A stretch of DNA of 31,921 nucleotides. Source: a virus. Its lineage: Duplodnaviria; Caudoviricetes. Positions within the stretch are counted from its first letter, which is position 1, and every line of letters starts with the position of its first letter. Location: IMG/VR virus record IMGVR_UViG_3300012017_001163, positions 1-31,921 of that record, one strand, 5' to 3'. Below are positions 7,938-16,723 of this stretch, piece by piece. The position numbers and the translations under genes were made by a program. A model generated the notes under the pieces. It worked only from the letters and a program-made list of their open reading frames with translations. It ran no database searches and had not been told where the DNA came from.

Positions 7938-8114
7938 TTAAGATTTATTTTTTATTTCCTGAATTTCAATTCTTAATTCCTGAGCTAGATTTTTTAACTC
8001 CTGCATAGCTTTTCTTACTCTAGTTCCTGCAGTTACATTTCTTTTAGCTGAGAATTTCTCAACGTCACCTTGTGTTTGCTCAATTAGAGCTTTAATTTGT
8101 TCGAATTTTTCCAT
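7938..8114 (-). CDS. Histone H1-like protein (Hc1 family, Bacteroidota type); missed by ORF track
   Basis: Manual translation, 58 aa: MEKFEQIKALIEQTQGDVEKFSAKRNVTAGTRVRKAMQELKNLAQELRIEIQEIKNKS, containing the N-x2-AGTR-x-RK-x3-EL-K signature. Confidence 0.85.
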   Translation of the reverse strand: MEKFEQIKALIEQTQGDVEKFSAKRNVTAGTRVRKAMQELKNLAQELRIEIQEIKNKS

Positions 8115-8166
8115 TTTATTTTTTTTTATTAGTTTGTAATTATATATGTTAATTTAAAAAAGTTTC

Positions 8167-8709
8167 CTATCTGCTTATAATTAATGTCATTTTAGATGAT
8201 CCTTCTTGGACGGACCAATTTAATCCCAGTTCCGATAGAGAAATTGATTTCATATATTCCAAATATGTTCCCTTGCCGTCATAAATTAAATTATCTTGTA
8301 TCTCGTCATATATTCTAATAATCTTTGGATTAATCTGAAGGTAATCGTTTACGCATTTATAAACGTACTTCATTGTTCTAGATAATTCACCTGAACCCAT
8401 TTTAAATTTTTGTGAGTTCATTCCCGGGATATCCTCCTTTTCGGCTGCAATATCTTCTATTATCTCTGGTGATATCTCGTTTATTGTTAATACACAATAT
8501 GAATTTTTAGGACCCTCTATTACTTCTCTGTCTGAATATTTACCGATAATTAGGTGATATGCTTCGGTGCCACCATTTTCCTTATCTAAATTAAAGAAAT
8601 AATGGTAGATATCGGATTCTTTTTTCCTTAAAAATTGGGAAGTTCCGAATCCATCACTCTCATTAACCTTAAATTTAAAATCGCTAAGTTTAGTTACAAA
8701 TCTGTTCAT
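8167..8709 (-). CDS. Hypothetical protein, last gene of the nucleotidyltransferase operon
   Basis: 180 aa; starts 2 nt after the stop of the 665-aa gene; leader-like N-terminus MNRFVTKLSDFKFKVNE. Confidence 0.75.
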   Translation of the reverse strand: MNRFVTKLSDFKFKVNESDGFGTSQFLRKKESDIYHYFFNLDKENGGTEAYHLIIGKYSDREVIEGPKNSYCVLTINEISPEIIEDIAAEKEDIPGMNSQKFKMGSGELSRTMKYVYKCVNDYLQINPKIIRIYDEIQDNLIYDGKGTYLEYMKSISLSELGLNWSVQEGSSKMTLIISR

Positions 8710-8711
8710 TG

Positions 8712-10709
8712 TTATTTATTTTTTTCTAATTTTTCCGTTATTAAATTTTCGGTAATTTGTCTGCCTTTTTTAGAAGAGACCATTTGCTGATAGAATGAAG
8801 ATATTGACTGGGGGACTGACTTTTTAAAAGCCAGGAAATCCTCCTTATCTAGGTAATCCCTTATCTCGCTTCCACTATTTTTTCTTGGGGTTTCTATTAA
8901 CTCCATTGGTTCATGAAAATCGGAACCAATCTTTTTTAGAAAATCTAATTGTTTATTATAATCATCAGATTTATCTTCCCCGCTTCCAATAGAAACTGGA
9001 AGATACCCAAGCTCTTTAGCCCTGCTGCAAATCGGGCCTAATAGTCCCTTATTGACGATAAAATATCCTTGTATTCTCTGAGGAAATTCCATGATTAAAC
9101 TTTCCATATACTTAGAAACCAGATTTAGATCAAAAGGAGAATCTTCCGATTTATCGTTTCCTGAATGAACTACTGCTACTATAGAAGGAAGCTCGTTTTT
9201 GTCCCTTAATACATCAACCATTTTCATATGACCGTTATGAAATGGTTGAAAACGGCCAACTATAAGATTTACTTTCTGGGGATCTCCTTTTTTAGCTTTA
9301 CTGTTATCTTTAACCGATTTATCGTCTATTGGCTTTGTATCAACCTTAGGTTTATCTACAGAATCAATTGTTTCTAGAGCTGTAATAAAGTCATTATAAG
9401 AATAGAAATGATCATCAAAATTTTCATCTGCCTCGTCACCTTCTAGTGTTAAGTGATCTAAATTTACAGGATCTATATTATTCTTTTTAAAATCTAGAAA
9501 TGATGGTATATTAGATTCGTTAGTCTTAACCAATTTCTTTTTTCTAACAGCAGTATCTATATTAGAAACTAGCATATTAAATTGATCAATTATGCCAGGT
9601 GTTATAATTCCATCAGTTCTTTTCTTAATTTTTCTGAATGAATTCAGAATAAGCTTAAATAAAGATTCATAGGAATCGTCATCCTCGATCCATTTCATAA
9701 CTCTAGGATCAGCAATCATATCCCTATTTAGTCTAAATTCTTCCTTCTTTAAATAATCTGGCTCCTGAAAATTAGCACCTTTATATTTGTATCCGTATTC
9801 TTCTAAAAATTTAGAAAAAACATCCGATATAAATGAAATATATCTTTTATCTTCAGAGTCACCTTTAACTTTAAAATTTTCTATTCCTCTATCCAAAATG
9901 AAATTCATTACATCGAGAATGGTAATGCCTAAAAAATCACTAGGAATCTCTTCAGATTTTTTACTAGATCGGGATTTTGCTATCTCAGTAAATACCGGAT
10001 CTACCATTTTAGAAAGTATAACATCTCCTTTATTATTGGAATCCGAGCTAAATCTAAATACTATCCCCTCTATTGGTTTATCTAAATCGTTATTTAATGC
10101 GCTGCTCTTTATCTCCGGATTAAGGACACCAAGTATAAATCTAACAAAACTCTTTGTTTTATATTCGTTAACTAGCTTATCAAAAGGTGTTCTAAGAAAA
10201 TCTAGAATCATACTTTTCTGTTCAGCTGATAAAATTCCTTGAAAAATTATGGGTGGGATTTCAACCCCTATCAGATTAGCCCAGACATCAAGTTTTTTTT
10301 TATCTGTAATTTGCTCAGAATCGGAATCCTCTTTAGGCTTAACATAAGAAAGAATTAAATTATTCTTAGGAATTCTGTCATAAGCAATTTCTACCGGGTT
10401 AGGATTTGAAAAATATTCCAATCCAAATTTCCACCCTCTAGGTATTTCTTTGATGATATGTATAGGTAAAGATTCTATATATAATATAGGCTTTTCGTAA
10501 TACTTCATTAAAGTCCTATCCACCATGGTAATAGGATTTCGCTGATCCCTTTTATAAAAAATAAATTTACCAGTCTCTACGTCTCTTTCAAACATAAATG
10601 CTGACCCGTCCATCTTTTCATTAACGGTCACGTAAGAATTAAAAAGATTTTCTACAAAATCCTTTCCCTTCTTATTATAAATGTCGTATAAATGACTTAT
10701 TCCTGACAT
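8712..10709 (-). CDS. Fusion: ATP-dependent RNA-ligase-like nucleotidyltransferase (N-term) + HIGH-motif cytidyltransferase/NMNAT-like domain (C-term)
   Basis: Motif I VNEKMDGS, III FGLEYF, IV IEGIVFR, V LSKMV; C-terminal LIVGRFQPFHNGH (HIGH), SPF and SGSEIR (SxSxxR). Confidence 0.8.
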   Translation of the reverse strand: MSGISHLYDIYNKKGKDFVENLFNSYVTVNEKMDGSAFMFERDVETGKFIFYKRDQRNPITMVDRTLMKYYEKPILYIESLPIHIIKEIPRGWKFGLEYFSNPNPVEIAYDRIPKNNLILSYVKPKEDSDSEQITDKKKLDVWANLIGVEIPPIIFQGILSAEQKSMILDFLRTPFDKLVNEYKTKSFVRFILGVLNPEIKSSALNNDLDKPIEGIVFRFSSDSNNKGDVILSKMVDPVFTEIAKSRSSKKSEEIPSDFLGITILDVMNFILDRGIENFKVKGDSEDKRYISFISDVFSKFLEEYGYKYKGANFQEPDYLKKEEFRLNRDMIADPRVMKWIEDDDSYESLFKLILNSFRKIKKRTDGIITPGIIDQFNMLVSNIDTAVRKKKLVKTNESNIPSFLDFKKNNIDPVNLDHLTLEGDEADENFDDHFYSYNDFITALETIDSVDKPKVDTKPIDDKSVKDNSKAKKGDPQKVNLIVGRFQPFHNGHMKMVDVLRDKNELPSIVAVVHSGNDKSEDSPFDLNLVSKYMESLIMEFPQRIQGYFIVNKGLLGPICSRAKELGYLPVSIGSGEDKSDDYNKQLDFLKKIGSDFHEPMELIETPRKNSGSEIRDYLDKEDFLAFKKSVPQSISSFYQQMVSSKKGRQITENLITEKLEKNK

Positions 10710-10748
10710 ATTTTCTTTTAGTAATGTATATTATATTTATTATATCTA

Positions 10749-11678
10749 TTAAATCCTATTTATTTCGGACGGAACGTCCAAACCGCATCTTTTTAGATAT
10801 TCTTTAAATTTATCTTTGATCTCTTCCATGTTATCATATAATTCAAAAGAAGGGTTATTTATTATTGAAAATACCTGCTCAAATGTTTTTACTTCCTCTA
10901 ATGTATATCCTGGTCCCAGAGTAAAATCTATAAACTCCTGTGGATTTCGAGTAACAAATCTTTCGCTTCCTTCTATTTTTTTAGGATTCTTAAGTCTATC
11001 TTTAATCTTTCCTGCATAAGATTTGGTGTGCCAGAATAAACCGTCGCTAAGCATTATAACGGGGGAATCGTAATCCAATACCTGTCCGTCAGGATCTACC
11101 CTAGTAATTTTTCTTCTTGATGCTAATATTGCTGTTAGTAACCAATTTCGGTGAGCTGATTTATATTTACTCTCCGTTATTTTATAATTAGGCGAATAAT
11201 AAATAAATTTGGCCCATTCCATGCTAGATACCGCTATTAAATCTAATTGAACTATACCTTTATTAAAATCTCCTTGTATTGGCCAACCTAAACTAACTAT
11301 ACCTAAACCTTTCATATGTTTTATCTCCGGGTCGAATCCTAATTTTTCCGGGAGAGATTCCAAGATTAATTTATAAACTTCAGATGAACACTCCTTCGGA
11401 GTAATTCCATGTTCTCTAGAAAACCAACTGCTGTCGTATCCTATATCAAGATCGCCTGACGTATCTTCTGGGTTTTTCTTTTTCCCAATACTACCGATTA
11501 CAAGATATTGAGATCCCTCCTTGATTTGATTTATACCTAAGATAGGAAATAAAATAGATTTTATACTATCAAAGGTTTTAGGAAACTCGTCCTCTCTAAT
11601 ACTTCTTGATGTTTTTATAGCTGCTCCCCCTTCAAAAACTCTAGAGAATCCTGAGAAATCCATAATTTTATTTATCAT
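10749..11678 (-). CDS. Pol-beta superfamily nucleotidyltransferase
   Basis: VIGSIGKK...SGDLDIG (GS + DxD), third Asp in VQLDLI; leader MINKIMDFSGFSRVFE. Confidence 0.75.
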   Translation of the reverse strand: MINKIMDFSGFSRVFEGGAAIKTSRSIREDEFPKTFDSIKSILFPILGINQIKEGSQYLVIGSIGKKKNPEDTSGDLDIGYDSSWFSREHGITPKECSSEVYKLILESLPEKLGFDPEIKHMKGLGIVSLGWPIQGDFNKGIVQLDLIAVSSMEWAKFIYYSPNYKITESKYKSAHRNWLLTAILASRRKITRVDPDGQVLDYDSPVIMLSDGLFWHTKSYAGKIKDRLKNPKKIEGSERFVTRNPQEFIDFTLGPGYTLEEVKTFEQVFSIINNPSFELYDNMEEIKDKFKEYLKRCGLDVPSEINRI

Positions 11679-12213
11679 ATTTGGATGTTCTTTTATAATA
11701 TCTTTCCATCACGCCATTAATATAATCGGTGTACATTTCTTCGTCGTTGTTTTTAGGTTTTGTCGGGTCGTAATTAGGGCCAAAGAATTTTTTACCCTTA
11801 AGAATTCCCGATTTATAGAATTTTTCAGCGTCAGCTTCTGTGGTATTTGATTTAATGTTGTCCTGTTCCCATTTATCTATGATCTCTTCTTTTTTATTAC
11901 TAATATCTTCTTTGGAATATTTGGATACTGTATCCTTATTATCTCCTTTAGTAAAAAAATCAGATATTGCAGCACCTGCACCTATAATTAATCTAAAAGC
12001 TCCTGGGATTAAAGCTATTGCCTTATTTGCTGATACGAATTTATCAGTATTTGGGTCAGAATACCTACTATAGTATTTAGTACTATCGGTCTCAGTCTTA
12101 ATTCTGTCATTTACTCCTCTTAACCATTTACTAAATTTGTTTTTACCCTCTTTAGTTGACGATTCCTCATTTAAATTTTCCGATATAAACGAATCAAATT
12201 TTTTAATTCCCAT
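11668..12213 (-). CDS. Hypothetical protein with leader MGIKKFDSFISENLNE and a central hydrophobic/Gly-Ala helix
   Basis: 181 aa; AIALIPGAFRLIIGAGAAISDFF segment; overlaps the NTase start. Confidence 0.75.
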   Translation of the reverse strand: MGIKKFDSFISENLNEESSTKEGKNKFSKWLRGVNDRIKTETDSTKYYSRYSDPNTDKFVSANKAIALIPGAFRLIIGAGAAISDFFTKGDNKDTVSKYSKEDISNKKEEIIDKWEQDNIKSNTTEADAEKFYKSGILKGKKFFGPNYDPTKPKNNDEEMYTDYINGVMERYYKRTSKYDK

Positions 12214-12230
12214 GGAAATAGATTTTTATG

Positions 12231-12238
12231 TATATATC
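12231..12238 (-). promoter_or_regulatory. GATATATA motif, putative late promoter for the 12213-8167 operon
   Basis: Exact 8-mer 17 nt upstream of ATG 12213. Confidence 0.55.
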
Positions 12239-12248
12239 CCAGTTTAAA

Positions 12249-13787
12249 TTAGAGTTTTATATTATAAATCTTATATTCAAATAATTCTTTTTTATAAATT
12301 TCTATTCTTTCCCTGCTGTGCTTTAAAAGGTAATTCTGGTATTTTCCACTAGAAAAATCGTCGACGAAATCTATAACATTAACCTTTTCCTTCCCCTCCA
12401 TTTTTCTCATTCCTCTTCCTAAACTCTGTTTGATTAAAATTTCACTTTTATATGATTCAACAAGAAAAATATTGTGTATATTATTTATAGATATTCCGGT
12501 AGAAAAGGTACCATATGTTGCTACTAGAACTTTATTCTCCCCTGATGACATTCTAGTCTTATATTCCTCCCTTAGATTCTCATTAGTATCCCCGTCAACG
12601 TAAAAAACCTCCTTATCCCCGTTTTTTTCTCTAAGATTGTTCCATATTTGCTTTCCGTACTCGTCTTTAACTGATTGAAAAAGAACTAATGAATTCTTAG
12701 ATCCCTTACTTATAAAATCAACAATATAATTTAGTCTTTTTTTGCTTTCAACAACAAGCTTTCTCTCTATATTGTATATTTCATTCCCCTCAATGTTATT
12801 TGAGTTTGTTTTAAGTTCAGCCAGCTTATCCTTATATCCCTGTTCGAGCCAGTCCATAATAATAACTCGTATTGAAACAGGTGTAGCATAATTATTATCG
12901 AATAAAAAACTTGGTTGGATTTCAACAACAAGTGGACCTAAAAATTGTTGTATGGTAAGATAATCAGCAGTTTCTCTTTTAGTTAGTGTTCCTGTTAATC
13001 CAAATCTCCATTTAGATAGTGTACAATGCGCTACAATTTTCTTTATAGACATACTGTTAGTATGGTGTGCCTCGTCAATAAAAACTGCATCTATCTCTTC
13101 ATAGAAATCAGATTCCTGCTTAACTAGAGATTGAAAAGTTCCTATTATTAAATCACAGCCTTCCCTGATTTTACTTCCTCCTCCTATCTGTTGAATCTTA
13201 ACTCCAAGCCTATCCAACCCGTAATCTACAAAGTCATCACTACCCTGAAAAACAAGATTTGTATTAGGGACAACCATGAGAAATTTTCTGATCATGCCTT
13301 TAGATTTTAAGTAGGCAAATATCATAAATGAGATTAACGTTTTTCCTGATGATGTTGCAACCTCTGAGACTGAATATCTATACCTAATAATCTTCCACGC
13401 CGTCTCTATTTGATAATCCCTCGGTTTTTTATTAATATCACCATTTATACCATCTCTAAAAAAATCATCAACCCATTTAGTGAAATCGGCCAAAGAAAGA
13501 TCATTAATTATAAGATCTTCGATACCTTTAATTGATATTTCTATCTTGTATTTCTCACCTATTTCAAGTAATTCCCTCCATAATCCTATTGGTATTTTCC
13601 ACATACCACCTTTTTTCTCTATAAAGCATATACTCCCATCCCATATTTTCTTCTTAACTAGCGGATGAAAATAAAAGTTATGGATTTTTTGTGTTAATGA
13701 AATGTCTATCTGTTTTTTTTCTACCTCGTCAATAGACTCTATTAATATCATCCATTGTTGATCCTCGGAAACTTGAAATCTTAACAT
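12249..13787 (-). CDS. uvsW: UvsW-like SF2 DNA helicase
   Basis: WDGSI (T4 UvsW WDGxI), PRDYQ, ATSSGKT (Walker A), IDEAH, GLTGT, ATYGTFSTGISI, QSLGRGMR. Confidence 0.92.
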   Translation of the reverse strand: MLRFQVSEDQQWMILIESIDEVEKKQIDISLTQKIHNFYFHPLVKKKIWDGSICFIEKKGGMWKIPIGLWRELLEIGEKYKIEISIKGIEDLIINDLSLADFTKWVDDFFRDGINGDINKKPRDYQIETAWKIIRYRYSVSEVATSSGKTLISFMIFAYLKSKGMIRKFLMVVPNTNLVFQGSDDFVDYGLDRLGVKIQQIGGGSKIREGCDLIIGTFQSLVKQESDFYEEIDAVFIDEAHHTNSMSIKKIVAHCTLSKWRFGLTGTLTKRETADYLTIQQFLGPLVVEIQPSFLFDNNYATPVSIRVIIMDWLEQGYKDKLAELKTNSNNIEGNEIYNIERKLVVESKKRLNYIVDFISKGSKNSLVLFQSVKDEYGKQIWNNLREKNGDKEVFYVDGDTNENLREEYKTRMSSGENKVLVATYGTFSTGISINNIHNIFLVESYKSEILIKQSLGRGMRKMEGKEKVNVIDFVDDFSSGKYQNYLLKHSRERIEIYKKELFEYKIYNIKL

Positions 13788-13798
13788 AAATCTCTATT

Positions 13799-14245
13799 TT
13801 ATTTTACTGTTGATCCCCGGAGGTAATCTTCAAGAGCTATTCTCTGTCGAATCCCATATAACATATGATCAATCGTTTGTACCGTTTGGTCGATATACTT
13901 TCTGTGGCCCTCGACTAATTCTATTTTTTCCGTTATTTCACTAATATCACCTTCAATTAAAACATTTTTTTCGTTTGCTCCGTATCTAATATCACTTTTT
14001 TCCGAATAGTCTTTTAGTTTTTTTGATTTTTCAATTCTATATTTGGAATTTAATTTAGAAACTATCGAGGCTAATTTATAACTGTACTCTAAAAGTACTT
14101 GTCTCTGACTGAATAAATCAACTTGAGCTTTAGCGAGAGTCTTGATGTCTTTCATCTCTAATGCTAAAATTTGTATCTTCTCCTTCCAATTGAATCTTTC
14201 GGTCTCAAATAATTTATTAAAATCTGCTTTCTCTGAATTTGACAT
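13799..14245 (-). CDS. uvsY: UvsY-like recombination mediator
   Basis: 148-aa helical protein adjacent to uvsW; C-terminal pattern IEGD...KIELVE...YIDQTVQTI...YGIRQRIALEDY resembles UvsY. Confidence 0.65.
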   Translation of the reverse strand: MSNSEKADFNKLFETERFNWKEKIQILALEMKDIKTLAKAQVDLFSQRQVLLEYSYKLASIVSKLNSKYRIEKSKKLKDYSEKSDIRYGANEKNVLIEGDISEITEKIELVEGHRKYIDQTVQTIDHMLYGIRQRIALEDYLRGSTVK

Positions 14246-14484
14246 TAAAATAGGTTTTTGTTTTTATTTTTTTTCTTTGTAATATCTACAACCTTAAAAG
14301 ATTGTGATGTGGATTTCCTAATATTTTTCTTAGGCGGATCTATCGAGGGTTCTATAAATTCAATATTCACTTTTAATATATCTTGCTCTATTATCTTGAT
14401 GGGATATTTTAATTTGGGCTTCAGCTCTGTATTTATACTGGATTCCCATTCCTCCATTTTTTTATCTATTTCATCCTCACTCAT
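14245..14484 (-). CDS. Hypothetical protein
   Basis: 79-aa ORF overlapping both neighbours (translational coupling). Confidence 0.6.
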   Translation of the reverse strand: MSEDEIDKKMEEWESSINTELKPKLKYPIKIIEQDILKVNIEFIEPSIDPPKKNIRKSTSQSFKVVDITKKKNKNKNLF

Positions 14485-15541
14485 TAATAAAATATCTTAA
14501 ATCCAATACATCATCAGTAAAATAGTCATCCAGCCTTTTTATTTTTTTTCCTGTTGATCTGAGGTGAACAACAAGGTCATTTAAATCCCATTTTTTATTT
14601 TTAGTGATATTATTTTCCTCTAAAAATTTTCCCCAATTAAAAACAATAAATCCTTTACTTAATAAGTCCATGCTTTTCTCTATGCCAGATTTATCCCAGT
14701 CGTACCAATATCTAATCCCCTCTACTTCAAATGGAAATTTATTTTCTATCGAACATAAGCCAACAGAATTTTTCCAAAACCAAGAATCCATTGGGCCTTC
14801 AAAAACAGTAATCGAAGAGCTAAAATCTAAATTTCCTATATTAAAAACATGGGAAATTGGATCAACCTCCCTAGCACGTGTTAAAATTTCTGCGTCAGTA
14901 ATTTTAAGAAGTTTCTCATAGATCCCACTCAATTTATATGTTAAATATTTAGACCCCCCTTTAACCGATTGCATATTTCTTACCTGAAGTCCGATTATTT
15001 TATCATCGGGGGTAAGATTAAATAAAAATATCTTTTCTTTCTTTGGGTCCCAAGCAAATCTATTATCAGTTTTTTGTTGTCTTCTCTGGATGTATCTTTG
15101 TATTGTAGATCCAAAAACGTTACTGAGCCCTAGCTTTTCCATAAATTCAGATCTACTAATCAGGATTTCATTTATGTCATTTTCGAAAAATAGAGAAAGA
15201 TCAACGTTTCCATATACACTCTTTCTTTTACCTTTATTCTCATCTAGTATTGATCTAATCTCGCTTTTTTCATTATTAGATAATTTCGAATAAAGTGAGA
15301 AATCCTTAAAGAAACTTAAAGAATCTTTATAAATACCACATCCTCCATTGTAACATTTATAAGCTAATGTATCTAGATAAAAATTTCCCCTTTTCTTTCT
15401 TGAGTCATTTGAATCACCACAATAAGGACAAGATACATTAAGTCTGTTTCCAGCTTTGTATACTATCTGCTTTCCTGGATTAGCAGGAAATTGCCTAATA
15501 AGTACTTCCCTTACTAAAGATTCTATTTTTGATATTTCCAT
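14477..15541 (-). CDS. T4 gp61-like DNA primase
   Basis: Zn-binding CPYCGDS...KKRG...CYNGGC; TOPRIM VFEGPMDS, YDWD (DxD), KWDLND. Confidence 0.9.
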   Translation of the reverse strand: MEISKIESLVREVLIRQFPANPGKQIVYKAGNRLNVSCPYCGDSNDSRKKRGNFYLDTLAYKCYNGGCGIYKDSLSFFKDFSLYSKLSNNEKSEIRSILDENKGKRKSVYGNVDLSLFFENDINEILISRSEFMEKLGLSNVFGSTIQRYIQRRQQKTDNRFAWDPKKEKIFLFNLTPDDKIIGLQVRNMQSVKGGSKYLTYKLSGIYEKLLKITDAEILTRAREVDPISHVFNIGNLDFSSSITVFEGPMDSWFWKNSVGLCSIENKFPFEVEGIRYWYDWDKSGIEKSMDLLSKGFIVFNWGKFLEENNITKNKKWDLNDLVVHLRSTGKKIKRLDDYFTDDVLDLRYFINE

Positions 15542-15546
15542 GATAT

Positions 15547-15583
15547 AAAAATTGGGGACAAGTTAATTAATTGCCCCCAATTT
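15547..15583 (-). terminator. Intrinsic terminator after the ssDNA-binding protein gene
   Basis: Minus strand reads ATTGGGGGCAA-ttaattaac-TTGTCCCCAAT-TTTT (one G-U pair). Confidence 0.8.
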
Positions 15584-15594
15584 ATAATTTTTAA

Positions 15595-16566
15595 TTAAAG
15601 ATCTGCGTAAAGATCATCCAGTGATGCAGAAGAAGATGTAGAAGAAGGTGTAGAAGGAGCTTCTGGTGAAGGTTCTTCTCGTGTTTGTCCCCCAACTTTA
15701 GTATTAGAAACATCTTCTAACATTTGAGAAGATGCACTAGATTGCTGAACCGGATTTGGTTTAGAAGCAGCCGAGGTAACTCCGCCAACTATTTCGTTTA
15801 TGATTCTTTGTTCAGGTACAGTGTTTCTAATCACTGACATAACTTTATCGGTTACATCATCATCCCAATCCTTATAATCGAAGGCTGATAAGTTTCTCGG
15901 ACCACTATTTAAATATTCCAAGATTTTATCCATATCCTCTTGGTTTTTTTTCATTTGAGCTCCCTGAATTTTTATAGGGGTTCTCTCACCAACGAACGAG
16001 CATAAATCATAATTATTCCATTCGCCAACCTTTCTTACACTAATAGCAAATTCTCTTCCCTCAAAAAGATCATAAGGATTACAAGCATCTCCATACTCTG
16101 GTTGAAGTTGAGCTTCAATCATTTCGTTTATTTTCTTCCCGAATTTAAAGATCATAATTTTTCCCTCTAAATCTGGATTGTTCTTATCTTGTACAATTTG
16201 AATTAACGAATAGAAATCTTCTTTTCTAGAAAAACTCTTTGCCAATTCCTGATCAGCTGCCGAATGGGAATTTTTTAATTTCCAAAAAAGATCCTTAAGA
16301 ATTGATCTTTTACCAACTGTTGAAGGGCAATCTACTGCAAATCCGTTTCCACTTACTGGATCATTCAAATACACATAATATTTATGTATTTTAGATTTTG
16401 CTGGATTTTCGGAGTTTGGTATTAATCGGATTAATGATTTATAAACTCCATCCTTTCCGTCTTCTGGATAAGGTTTGTAAAATTCGAGGTCTTTCAATCC
16501 CCCTGTTTGGTTAATCTTTGTTACAAATGACTCTGCGTCTAAGTTAAAAATGTCTAAATTACTCAT
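15595..16566 (-). CDS. T4 gp32-like single-stranded DNA-binding protein
   Basis: LIRLIP, CPSTVG, RKEDFYSLIQIVQD-x2-PDLEGKIMIFKFGKKI, NPYDLFEG, NYD and acidic tail LDDLYADL. Confidence 0.92.
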   Translation of the reverse strand: MSNLDIFNLDAESFVTKINQTGGLKDLEFYKPYPEDGKDGVYKSLIRLIPNSENPAKSKIHKYYVYLNDPVSGNGFAVDCPSTVGKRSILKDLFWKLKNSHSAADQELAKSFSRKEDFYSLIQIVQDKNNPDLEGKIMIFKFGKKINEMIEAQLQPEYGDACNPYDLFEGREFAISVRKVGEWNNYDLCSFVGERTPIKIQGAQMKKNQEDMDKILEYLNSGPRNLSAFDYKDWDDDVTDKVMSVIRNTVPEQRIINEIVGGVTSAASKPNPVQQSSASSQMLEDVSNTKVGGQTREEPSPEAPSTPSSTSSSASLDDLYADL

Positions 16567-16640
16567 GTTTTTTAAATTAATTTTAGTTTTTATTTAAATT
16601 TTTATTTTTTGTTCCAATTATTAGGGAAATTGGGTAACCC
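16567..16640 (-). promoter_or_regulatory. Putative gene-32-type translational operator (structured element + unstructured A/U tract)
   Basis: mRNA GGG-UUAC-CCAAUU-U-CCC-UAAU-AAUUGG followed by 47 nt containing no G up to the AUG. Confidence 0.5.
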
Positions 16641-16700
16641 ACAATAAAATTGATTGGCCCTATGGTCCATCCCTGAGATTTATAATATTCCGTGATTTTT

Positions 16701-16708
16701 TATTTATA
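16701..16708 (-). promoter_or_regulatory. TATAAATA, T4-type late promoter consensus upstream of gp32
   Basis: Exact match in the intergenic region, correctly oriented; chance is possible in AT-rich DNA. Confidence 0.4.
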
Positions 16709-16723
16709 ACGATGCCGAGTATA

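Noticed and set aside
10749-11678. cGAS/CD-NTase (CBASS) or CCA-adding enzyme assignment for the pol-beta NTase
   Set aside because: Only the generic GS/DxD/D motifs are visible; there are no CBASS effector neighbours or class-specific CCA motifs, so the subfamily cannot be called.
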